A stretch of DNA of 43,692 nucleotides from an uncultured Treponemataceae bacterium (GTDB lineage: Bacteria > Spirochaetota > Spirochaetia > Treponematales > Treponemataceae), in assembly GCA_964369585.1 (NCBI GenBank), contig CAYJHL010000001.1, forward strand, positions 1 to 43,692, read 5' to 3'. Made by a program: the position numbers and the translations under genes. Of the stretch, positions 27,537 through 35,044 are shown piece after piece. The first letter of the stretch is position 1. Each line of letters starts with the position of its first letter. The notes below the pieces were generated by a model that saw only the letters and a list, made by a program, of their open reading frames with translations, ran no database searches and was not told the DNA's origin.

Positions 27537-27545
27537 AGTATATCA
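27537..27545 (-). promoter_or_regulatory. extended -10 TGATATACT (minus strand), probable promoter of the GH-ppx-ppk1 operon with a leader of about 100 nt
   Basis: Same 9-mer as at 1355 and 39594. It lies about 110 nt upstream of GTG 27427, which has a strong SD. Confidence 0.45.
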
Positions 27546-27548
27546 CAA

Positions 27549-27580
27549 ATTTTGAAAAAAAGGAAGATTTTTTTCAAAAT
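27549..27580. repeat. perfect 13-bp inverted repeat ATTTTGAAAAAAA-N6-TTTTTTTCAAAAT
   Basis: The arms are 27549-27561 and 27568-27580. It sits in the 279-bp divergent intergenic region, directly upstream of the minus-strand -10. Confidence 0.6.
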
Positions 27581-27671
27581 ATTTTATCCTTTTTATATAA
27601 AACGAGAGGTTTTGTTTGATTTTATTAAAAAAAGCTGAAAAAAATGTTCTCATGTTTTCATTATTAAACAC

Positions 27672-27700
27672 TTGTTTATATACTTGAAAAGAGGTATACT
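27672..27700 (+). promoter_or_regulatory. sigma70 promoter TTGTTT-N17-TATACT; -10 ends 6 nt before GTG 27707
   Basis: TTGTTT is at 27672-27677 and TATACT at 27695-27700. Alternative reading: GAGG at 27691-27694 is an SD with a long 12-nt spacing and the promoter lies further upstream. Confidence 0.4.
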
Positions 27701-27706
27701 ATATAT

Positions 27707-28438
27707 GTGTCAGAATTATACGTGGTGGCTACACCAATAGGAAACTTAAAAGATATTACATACCGTGCAGTTGAAACTTTTGAAAGTGTAGATTATGTTG
27801 CTGCAGAAGATACGCGTCGAACATTACAATTGTTGACACACTTTAAGATAAAAAAACCTTTGTTGTCGTGTAGAGCACAAAACGAAGAAAGGGCAGCAGA
27901 AAAAGTTATTTCTTTGCTTGAAGAAGGAAAGAAGGTTGCCTTTGCTAGTGACGCAGGTACGCCTGGTATTAGTGATCCTGGCGCTGTATTAGTTTCTAAA
28001 GTACGTGCAGCAGGTTTTACTGTTGTTCCAATTCCTGGGGCAAGTGCTTTTGCAACGCTCGTAAGTGTTGCAGGCGAAGGCGGGAAGACAATTGTTTTTG
28101 AAGGTTTTCTGCCTGTAAAACCAGGAAAGAGGAGAACAAGGGTTTCCGAGCTACTAGAAACAGGAAATGCATTAGTTTTATACGAATCTCCGTTCAGAAT
28201 AGTTAAACTTTTGGCAGAAATTGCCGATATTGATAGTGAGCGACGTATATTGGTTGGACGAGAGTTAACCAAGATGCATGAAGAAATAGTAGAGGGGAAG
28301 GCTGTAGACGTTTACAGTGATTTTGCCAACAGACCAAAAATTCTTGGAGAGTTCGCGGTTTTTGTTGAGGGAGTAAAAAAGCTCAAGCTTGGGAAAGATA
28401 TTCCAAAGAAAGAGAGGCGAGTAAAAAATGATTATTGA
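27707..28438 (+). CDS. rsmI: 16S rRNA (cytidine1402-2'-O)-methyltransferase
   Basis: Begins (GTG)SELYVVATPIGNLKDITYRAVETF. Also has AAEDTRRT, SDAGTPGISDPG and YESPFRI. Confidence 0.9.
   Translation: MSELYVVATPIGNLKDITYRAVETFESVDYVAAEDTRRTLQLLTHFKIKKPLLSCRAQNEERAAEKVISLLEEGKKVAFASDAGTPGISDPGAVLVSKVRAAGFTVVPIPGASAFATLVSVAGEGGKTIVFEGFLPVKPGKRRTRVSELLETGNALVLYESPFRIVKLLAEIADIDSERRILVGRELTKMHEEIVEGKAVDVYSDFANRPKILGEFAVFVEGVKKLKLGKDIPKKERRVKNDY
28204..28230 (+). promoter_or_regulatory. sigma28 (FliA)-type promoter TAAACTTT-N11-GCCGATAT inside rsmI, upstream of flgM
   Basis: TAAACTTT is at 28204-28211, followed by an 11-nt spacer and GCCGATAT at 28223-28230. The enterobacterial consensus is TAAAGTTT-N11-GCCGATAA and the B. 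subtilis sigmaD consensus is TAAA-N15-GCCGATAT. Confidence 0.6.
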
Positions 28439-28715
28439 CAAACTAGGGAGTTTGGACCCCCTAAAAAATGTGCAAAAAGCCCAACGAAATGTAGAAAAAG
28501 AAAAATTTTCTGCAGGCCATGACAGCATCGAGATTTCAAGCGAGGCACGAGCATTAGCAGAGGATATGTATTTATCTGAAGTTGCAGCTGGAACACCAGA
28601 CGTGCGATTAGATCGAGTTGCTCAAGTGAAAGAAAAAATACAAGATCCTTCATATTTGAGCGCAGACGTTATTTCTTCTGCTGCAGATAAAATAATGGAA
28701 AGCTTCGGCTTATAA
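28428..28715 (+). CDS. flgM: anti-sigma-28 factor FlgM
   Basis: 95 aa. The C-terminal half, RLDRVAQVKEKIQDPSYLSADVISSAADKIMESF, matches the FlgM sigma28-binding region pattern. The start overlaps the rsmI end by 11 nt and is preceded by GAGAGG. Confidence 0.8.
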   Translation: MIIDKLGSLDPLKNVQKAQRNVEKEKFSAGHDSIEISSEARALAEDMYLSEVAAGTPDVRLDRVAQVKEKIQDPSYLSADVISSAADKIMESFGL

Positions 28716-28730
28716 TATAGAGTATTAAAT

Positions 28731-29879
28731 ATGGCAGATTTTGTTTTTAAGTTGTCTCCAAATATTGTTCTAGGTTCATACTCTTCAAGCCGGCTGGGAC
28801 AGTTCGCTAAAGAATGGGGTACAAGGTTTATGCTTTTGATAGACCCTGTTCTTACTGAGTTTGGAATAACTGAAAAGATTACTTCTGCTTTGCACGAACG
28901 AAGCATTGATTTTTTCGTGTATGATGAAATTCCACCGGCTCCTGATGCAGGAGTAATACAGCAAGTTTTTCAACTTGGTAAAGAAGCCCATATTCATGGG
29001 ATTATATCTGTAGGTGGCACAAAAATAAATAATGTTGCACGAAGTGCAGCTGCATTATTCCATGAACTTCATGACATTTATGATTATGTAGAAGGGATGA
29101 TTCCTACAACAGGTGCTCTTCCTGTTATTTGTGTGCCGACAACTCTTTGTGACCCCTTTATTTTTGCAGATAGAACTCCTATTATTGATGGTAGGAGTCG
29201 TCAGGTAAAAATGTTAAAAATGCAGTCAGGTTTATGTAGACTTGCTGTTTTTGACCCAACCCTCACTGTTTCCTTTACAGAAAGCCAACGTACATCAATG
29301 TTGCTACACATGCTTTGTATAGCAGTAGAATCATATACTTCACAAAGAGCAAATTTTTTCTCAGATAGCCTCATAGAAAAAGCGTTAGAATTATTAAGCA
29401 CTGTGATAACTAGTGAACAAAATGAAACACCTACATCTTCAAGAGAAGTTCTTTCTTTGCAAGCTTCAAGTATGATTTCATTAGCTGCTGCTTCAAGTTC
29501 TATTGGAATAGGATCAGGCATAAGCTTATCGATTAATGCACGTCAAAAAATTTCAAGATCACTAACGTCAGCAATACTTCTTCCTTACATGATAGAAGAA
29601 GTTTCAAGATATAAAACAGATAGAGTAGCAAAAATTGCTCGATACTTAAAAGTTACGCCTTCTGGTAGTTCAAATGAAGAAGCTATAGCAGCTCTTTCTG
29701 AAACAATTAGAAGTAAAATAGCAATGACAAACTTACCTGCCCGTCTAAAAGATCTTTCAATGTCAATGGAGCAACTGGCTTTAGTAGCAGAAAATACCGA
29801 ACAATTAGCAGGAATGTATGCTTTTTCTCGCTCAATGTCTTCAGATGATATTTTTGAAATAATTAAAAACGCCTTTTAA
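28731..29879 (+). CDS. iron-containing alcohol dehydrogenase-fold protein, apparently degenerate in cofactor/metal motifs
   Basis: 382 aa, with block order as in Fe-ADH (FucO/DhaT-like). However, GGGSxxD reads VGGTKINN, DxxxH reads HMLCI, and the HG..NAILLP block reads RSLTSAILLP. Confidence 0.65.
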   Translation: MADFVFKLSPNIVLGSYSSSRLGQFAKEWGTRFMLLIDPVLTEFGITEKITSALHERSIDFFVYDEIPPAPDAGVIQQVFQLGKEAHIHGIISVGGTKINNVARSAAALFHELHDIYDYVEGMIPTTGALPVICVPTTLCDPFIFADRTPIIDGRSRQVKMLKMQSGLCRLAVFDPTLTVSFTESQRTSMLLHMLCIAVESYTSQRANFFSDSLIEKALELLSTVITSEQNETPTSSREVLSLQASSMISLAAASSSIGIGSGISLSINARQKISRSLTSAILLPYMIEEVSRYKTDRVAKIARYLKVTPSGSSNEEAIAALSETIRSKIAMTNLPARLKDLSMSMEQLALVAENTEQLAGMYAFSRSMSSDDIFEIIKNAF

Positions 29880-29884
29880 TTAAT

Positions 29885-30724
29885 ATGATTGAACCAGAAA
29901 AACTTTTCCAATTAAAACCCGGATTTCGACGCCGAAAAATAGCTTTGTGCTTCGGAGCCCTGGAGCGCGAAATAGCAGGAATTGATAGCGATTATAATAG
30001 CATTACTGATATCTCTACGGCAAAGTATGGTGGGATGCCAAGAGAGGAATATACAAAAAAGCTTATTACACTTGTATTAGATGACCCTAAGTTGCCAAAG
30101 CCTGCATACGATGAGCTTTCTGTTTTGCTTTTTCAATCTCCTTTTGATGAGCTCAGGGCATGTAATTATGCACGAAACAGACTTTTAGAAATAATTGGTA
30201 CTTTCCCTGCAGAGTGGGATTTGGTTATTGCACCGCATGCAGACCCTACAGAAGTGAGATCTTTTTTTCCAAACATGTATGTATACGCCGAAGATATTCG
30301 CTCCCCTTTTAACCTAGGGTCAATATATCGAACGGCAGAAGCTTTTGGAGCAGAAGGACTCTTTTTATCCCCTTTTTGTACAGATGAAAATCATCAAAGA
30401 GCACAGCGTTCTGCTATGGGGTGTTACAAATATGTTAAAACTAAAAGATGTTCCCTAGATGACTTGCCAAACGATCTTCCAATCTTTGCCCTTGAAACAG
30501 GGGGAACACCAATAAATGAATTTGCGTTTCCTGAGAATGGAATTGTAATTGTGGGATCAGAAGAATTAGGTGTAAGTCCTGAAGCCTTAAAAAAAGCAAG
30601 TTATGGGTGTGTAAGCATTCCTCTTACTGGTATTAAGGCTTCATTAAATGTTGGTGTGGCTTTTGGTATTCTTATGCAGTCGTGGACGGCTCATCTTCTT
30701 TCTCAGACTCAAAAGCATGTTTGA
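29885..30724 (+). CDS. TrmH/SpoU-family RNA 2'-O-methyltransferase
   Basis: SPOUT motifs seen: NLGSIYRTAEAFGA, IVIVGSEELGVS, IPLTGIKASLNVGVAFGIL. It has an N-terminal extension of about 130 aa of unknown function. Confidence 0.8.
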   Translation: MIEPEKLFQLKPGFRRRKIALCFGALEREIAGIDSDYNSITDISTAKYGGMPREEYTKKLITLVLDDPKLPKPAYDELSVLLFQSPFDELRACNYARNRLLEIIGTFPAEWDLVIAPHADPTEVRSFFPNMYVYAEDIRSPFNLGSIYRTAEAFGAEGLFLSPFCTDENHQRAQRSAMGCYKYVKTKRCSLDDLPNDLPIFALETGGTPINEFAFPENGIVIVGSEELGVSPEALKKASYGCVSIPLTGIKASLNVGVAFGILMQSWTAHLLSQTQKHV

Positions 30725-32168
30725 GTTTTTCTGAAAGTTGTATTAATTGCTCTTCGTTAGATATTTTGAACACCTCAAGTATTTCGGTGTCGAATTGATA
30801 GAACTCAACTCCACCCTCTTGATAATTTGACAACATATTTGCAAAATAAACAACTACAGAGAGAGGCTTTTGTACATCAGGATCATGGTGAAGACGAAGC
30901 GTCTCAATAATTACTGGAGGAAAATTCCACTTTGCAGCAATAAGAGATCCAATTTCAGCATGATTTTGGCCTGAAAGAAGCTTTTCAAAGGTATGTGGTT
31001 CTATAGTTTTTTCTTCGCTGAGATTCTTTAGCTTTGTCATAAAATGTGGTTGGGCAGAATAAAAAACACCTTTTCCCATGTCATGCAATAATCCGCAAAC
31101 ATATGAATCTTCAATAACGTCTCGTTGTTTTGGGAAAAAATTACGACTTAAATTATATGAGTAAAAGGCAACTTTATGGCTATGCTGCCATAAGCTTTTT
31201 TGTTCTTTTGTCGCTGTTCCAACAGATTTCATAGACCCTACGGAGTATAATAAGTTTTTTATTCCTCGTGTCCCAACAAGTTTTACAGCATCTGGAATAT
31301 TACGGCAGGGACTTGATAGAGAAAAAGCTGCAGAGTTTACAAGTTTTAATAAATCCGCAGTAAGAGAAACATCACTACTAATGCTTCGTGCAATGTCAGA
31401 AAGCTTAAATTCTGGGTCATTTAACATATTATTAATGTGAATAATGTTCTCTGGAAATTGAGGAAGTTTATCGATCATATTAACAAGTTCTGTAGATAAA
31501 ATAGACATTTTTTCCTGAACATCACCTGAAAGAGGAAGAATAATTCGAGAAACAGTTTCTTCGTTTTCAGAAAAAACTTGAAAGTTATCGCCTGTTAATC
31601 CAAGTTTTTTTAGCATAAGAATCATAATTATGATACCTAAACCAGCACCTTCTGAGTCGTCTAGAATTTGAGAAAAAGCATCATCGACAGAGGAATATCT
31701 TTGTGCGCGAGCAATTTTATCGTGCACTCTTTTATATTCAAATACTGTTAACGGCGCATTATTTCTTATTTCTATTTTAATTTTACCTGCTCGGTGTTGG
31801 AATATTGTTTTAATGTAATAATTCTGTTCTTGTTGCATTTTTAGATAATGCTTAATGTTATCAAGGGTGTCAGCTTTAAAGCTCTTCATGCCCTCGTCAT
31901 AATCTTCAATGTTAGTTATATCAAGGCCTTTTTCTTTAAAATAAACACGCTTTGTATTTGCTTTTTTTGCATTTGTTGTAAGCTCATTTAAGCAGTAGAT
32001 TAAATATTCAGACATAACCTCTTGGTTTAGCTCTTTTAGAAATGCTACTAAAACTTCCGCCATGTATAATTCCATTTCATGAGGGAGCGTATGAGTTGTT
32101 ATAGAAAGGGGAATACCTGCTTGAACAGCTTTTTGTATTTTTGATGTATCTAACTTTGAATCTGCCAT
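30672..32168 (-). CDS. HDOD-domain signalling protein with N-terminal GHKL/anti-sigma-kinase-like ATPase module
   Basis: The N-terminus has LNELTTNAKKAN (N-box-like) and DDSEGAGLGIIIM (G2-box-like). The central and C-terminal region has LPQFPENIIHINNML...DVSLTADLLKLVNSAAF and CGLLHDMGK (HDOD). Confidence 0.7.
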   Translation of the reverse strand: MADSKLDTSKIQKAVQAGIPLSITTHTLPHEMELYMAEVLVAFLKELNQEVMSEYLIYCLNELTTNAKKANTKRVYFKEKGLDITNIEDYDEGMKSFKADTLDNIKHYLKMQQEQNYYIKTIFQHRAGKIKIEIRNNAPLTVFEYKRVHDKIARAQRYSSVDDAFSQILDDSEGAGLGIIIMILMLKKLGLTGDNFQVFSENEETVSRIILPLSGDVQEKMSILSTELVNMIDKLPQFPENIIHINNMLNDPEFKLSDIARSISSDVSLTADLLKLVNSAAFSLSSPCRNIPDAVKLVGTRGIKNLLYSVGSMKSVGTATKEQKSLWQHSHKVAFYSYNLSRNFFPKQRDVIEDSYVCGLLHDMGKGVFYSAQPHFMTKLKNLSEEKTIEPHTFEKLLSGQNHAEIGSLIAAKWNFPPVIIETLRLHHDPDVQKPLSVVVYFANMLSNYQEGGVEFYQFDTEILEVFKISNEEQLIQLSEKLKHAFESEKEDEPSTTA

Positions 32169-32173
32169 ACTTT

Positions 32174-32182
32174 ATTATAACA
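32174..32182 (-). promoter_or_regulatory. extended -10 TGTTATAAT (minus strand); leaderless arrangement for the HDOD gene
   Basis: The minus strand reads TGTTATAAT, then AAAGT (5 nt), then ATG at 32168-32166. No SD is present. Confidence 0.5.
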
Positions 32183-32255
32183 CAAAAAGAAAAAAAGTAA
32201 AGATATAAGACCTTAATTCTTTGATATTATTTTCCTTGTAATAAGATGTAATCAG

Positions 32256-32284
32256 TTGTTTTATTTGGGTATTTCCTTTATTAT
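32256..32284 (+). promoter_or_regulatory. sigma70 promoter TTGTTT-N17-TATTAT; -10 ends 6 nt before ATG 32291
   Basis: TTGTTT is at 32256-32261 and TATTAT at 32279-32284. The first ATG (32285) abuts the -10. The second in-frame ATG (32291) is at leaderless distance. Confidence 0.5.
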
Positions 32285-33391
32285 ATGTTCATGAATTTTT
32301 TTAGCGACGAACTTATTGCTCAATTAGTTGTTTTATCTTTTTTACTCTTGGTTACTCTTAGACCTTTGCTAAAAAAGACCCAATATACAGAATCTTTATC
32401 TGTTTTGTCAATTATTGCACTCTTTTTGGCTTTTTTACTAATTATTGTTTTTGGGCTTAGCCTCTTATTAATAATTCTTTTTTCTCTATCTTTTATAGTT
32501 TTGATAACAAATATCGCAAGTATGTATAGACTTGCTAATGCTTTGTATACCGTTAGAAATACAGCTCTCTTTCGTGTTGTGTCTTTTGCGGAAGCTTTTT
32601 TAGTTGTTCTATGTGTTATAGGGTGTTTTTATTTTAAACCTCTACCCTATGATACAAGTCTGCAGAACAAATATTTGTATTCGGGTTCTTTTTCTCGAGG
32701 GTTTACAGAAAAAGAAGAAATATTTACTAAGACAAGTTTAGTAGTATCTGAGTATAAACATAGTGAAGCGAACCTATCATTCGAGGATCAGAAAGAAAAT
32801 GAAAGTAACATAGCTCTTGTATATCTACCCTCAATTGGAAACACATCTGATGATGCCGCTCTTTTTTTATCGGCCTGCGCTGAAATGGGAGTTTCAGTTT
32901 TTACTGGAGATTTTTTTGCACTAGATGCAATTAATACTGAAACTGCATCTAGCAGAAATAGAAACAATAATCCTATTTTGAAGCCTTATGCTTTACACTT
33001 TATGTCTGATATTGATGGGCGTCAATCAGAAAAATTTCTCGCACAAAAAGAGCTCGAGCTAGAGGCCTTACTTACTTTGGCTGGACAGAAATATGAAAAG
33101 GTGATTATCTTTACAGAAGGTTTAACAGCCTCTCTTGCAACAGATGCACAGAAAAAGTATCCAAACTTTATTAGGGACGTGATTGTTTCAGTGAAGGACA
33201 ATACGGCGGCAAAATATTACAATGCGGGGATAGCAGATTACGCCTTGCTAGACCCTTTTGATGCGTATGCTTCACGATTTAAAACATGGAAAGAGTATAC
33301 CGCTTTTAGACACATTGGACTAACAGAAAAACCACATCTTAGACTAGCAAGAGAAATCGTTTCGAGAATAGAAGAAGGGGAGACAGAATGA
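32285..33391 (+). CDS. membrane protein (about 4 N-terminal TM segments plus a soluble C-terminal domain), hypothetical
   Basis: Long ORF with hydrophobic N-terminal segments such as LVVLSFLLLVTL and IIALFLAFLLIIVFGLSLLLIILF. I recognise no family motif. The true start is probably ATG 32291. Confidence 0.65.
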   Translation: MFMNFFSDELIAQLVVLSFLLLVTLRPLLKKTQYTESLSVLSIIALFLAFLLIIVFGLSLLLIILFSLSFIVLITNIASMYRLANALYTVRNTALFRVVSFAEAFLVVLCVIGCFYFKPLPYDTSLQNKYLYSGSFSRGFTEKEEIFTKTSLVVSEYKHSEANLSFEDQKENESNIALVYLPSIGNTSDDAALFLSACAEMGVSVFTGDFFALDAINTETASSRNRNNNPILKPYALHFMSDIDGRQSEKFLAQKELELEALLTLAGQKYEKVIIFTEGLTASLATDAQKKYPNFIRDVIVSVKDNTAAKYYNAGIADYALLDPFDAYASRFKTWKEYTAFRHIGLTEKPHLRLAREIVSRIEEGETE

Positions 33392-34155
33392 CGCTCAATG
33401 ACTTAGATTTATATTTTAGATCTTTTTTAAATTTTGAAAATTTTATGAAAGACCCATCAAAAAATGGAATACAGGTACAAAATACAAATCCTGAAAGTGA
33501 TACAATAACAAAAGTTGCCTTTGCTGTTGATGCTTGTTTTGAAACTATTGAAAAAACAATTAGTTGTGGAGCACAGGTATTAATGGTTCATCATGGTATT
33601 TTTTGGGGACATGAGCAACCTTTAATTGCAGGTCATTATAAGCGATTAAAAGCACTTATTGAAAATAATATTGCTCTATATGCTTGCCACATTCCTCTAG
33701 ACGCAAATGAGGCTGTTGGTAATAACTATGGATTAGCACGAAAAGTAGAACTGAATAATTTAGAGCCATTTGGTGTATGGAATAACATGACTATTGGTGT
33801 TAAAGGCTCTTTTGATAGCCCTGTTACTATGGATGTTTTAACAAAAAGGCTTTTACCTGAAAATCAAGAACCTCTTGTTACTTTCTCCTTTGGAAAAAAA
33901 GAAATAAGAAAAATAGCTATTGTATCAGGTGGTGCAGAAGATCTTTTGTTTGAGGCCATTGCAGAGGGTATGGATGCCTACATTACAGGAGAGCTTTCTC
34001 ATGAGTCATATCATTGTGCCAAAGAGGCTTGTATGAATGTTATTGCAGGAGGTCACTATAATACTGAAACAATGGGTGTTATGCTTCTAGCAGACAAACT
34101 AGCAAAAGAAAAAAATTTGGAAACGGTTTTTTTAGAAGTCCCTACAGGACTATAG
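33388..34155 (+). CDS. Nif3-like dinuclear metal centre protein (GTP cyclohydrolase I type 2 homologue)
   Basis: Has NGIQVQ, VLMVHHGIFW, ACHIPLD and IAGGHYNTE, which are NIF3 His/Asp ligand blocks. There is an ATGA overlap with the upstream gene, and GGGGAG serves as SD. Confidence 0.85.
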   Translation: MTLNDLDLYFRSFLNFENFMKDPSKNGIQVQNTNPESDTITKVAFAVDACFETIEKTISCGAQVLMVHHGIFWGHEQPLIAGHYKRLKALIENNIALYACHIPLDANEAVGNNYGLARKVELNNLEPFGVWNNMTIGVKGSFDSPVTMDVLTKRLLPENQEPLVTFSFGKKEIRKIAIVSGGAEDLLFEAIAEGMDAYITGELSHESYHCAKEACMNVIAGGHYNTETMGVMLLADKLAKEKNLETVFLEVPTGL

Positions 34156-34175
34156 GCATTATAAAAAAAATTATG

Positions 34176-34181
34176 TATAAT
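34176..34181 (+). promoter_or_regulatory. possible -10 TATAAT upstream of lspA
   Basis: TATAAT is at 34176-34181, about 13 nt before AGGAG (34194-34198) and GTG 34204. No clear -35 is present. Confidence 0.35.
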
Positions 34182-34203
34182 TCATAAGAACATAGGAGTA
34201 CAC

Positions 34204-34782
34204 GTGGATTTAAACGCCAATAAAAAAAATGAAAAAAAAATAGGCTATAAGCTTTGGCCTGTTTTTCTAGCAGTTGTTATTTTAATAGTTGACCAACTAA
34301 CTAAAATAGCAGTTTTTAATAATATTGAATTTGGAACTATTTATGCAAGTTTTTTTGATGGATTATTAAGAATTACTCACGTTTGGAACACAGGAGCAGC
34401 CTTTAGTTTTGGGCACGATTTTGCTCCATTATTACGAGCCGTATTGTTAAAATGGTTCCCTTTATGTGTATTAATTGGCGTAATTTTTTATTATTTTAAA
34501 ACGACAGAATTAAATAGAGTACAACAATGGTGCCTTTGGGGTATTATTGGTGGTGGCTTGGGAAATTTAATAGATCGATTTTTTCGACCAGGTGGAGTAG
34601 TAGATTTTATTGATGTAGACTTTTTTGATATAGATATTTTTGGCCTCTATTTAACTCGGTGGCCAGTTTTCAATGTTGCAGATATGGCAGTAGTAATTAG
34701 TGGGGCTCTATTGTTAGTTACATTTATTAAAGATGCTATGAAAGAATATAAAAATACAAAAGAAACAGAGGAGACAGAATAA
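34204..34782 (+). CDS. lspA: lipoprotein signal peptidase II
   Basis: Has VWNTGAAFSF, GGGLGNLIDR, VVDFIDV and FNVADMAV. GTG start 5 nt after AGGAG. Confidence 0.9.
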   Translation: MDLNANKKNEKKIGYKLWPVFLAVVILIVDQLTKIAVFNNIEFGTIYASFFDGLLRITHVWNTGAAFSFGHDFAPLLRAVLLKWFPLCVLIGVIFYYFKTTELNRVQQWCLWGIIGGGLGNLIDRFFRPGGVVDFIDVDFFDIDIFGLYLTRWPVFNVADMAVVISGALLLVTFIKDAMKEYKNTKETEETE

Positions 34783-35042
34783 TGACAAAAACACAAAATA
34801 CAATTTTATTTTTAATACTAGGAACACTAGCAAATATTGTACTAACTGTAATGCTTATCATTATTCTTACAATTCTTGGTGGTTTTATACTAAAGGAAAA
34901 TTTGGGAACAGCATTACCTGTAATCTTTATTCTTGCCGTTATTGGAGGAATGCTAATTTATCAAAAAAGTATAAAAGTGATTCTAAATAAATATAATTTA
35001 GAATCAAAAATGACACCCTTATTTTCTAAAAAAAAGAAATAA
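34782..35042 (+). CDS. small membrane protein (86 aa, 2 TM), hypothetical
   Basis: TAATG junction with lspA (1-nt overlap), with GAGGAG upstream. It has two long hydrophobic segments and a basic C-terminus, KKKK. Confidence 0.6.
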   Translation: MTKTQNTILFLILGTLANIVLTVMLIIILTILGGFILKENLGTALPVIFILAVIGGMLIYQKSIKVILNKYNLESKMTPLFSKKKK

Positions 35043-35044
35043 TT

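Noticed and set aside
28212-28224. Sigma54-like TGGCA...TTGC (TGGCAGAAATTGC) inside rsmI.
   Set aside because: The GG and GC dinucleotides are separated by 8 nt rather than the required 10. The same bases are better explained as the spacer and -10 of the sigma28 promoter.
33378-34786. Shared GGAGACAGAAT at two coupled junctions: membrane protein/Nif3 at about 33378-33390 and lspA/small membrane protein at about 34769-34784. Both upstream proteins end in ...ETE.
   Set aside because: It is a short SD-containing motif encoding Glu-Thr-Glu. Two copies in 43 kb are insufficient to claim a functional repeat, so I record it only as a curiosity.
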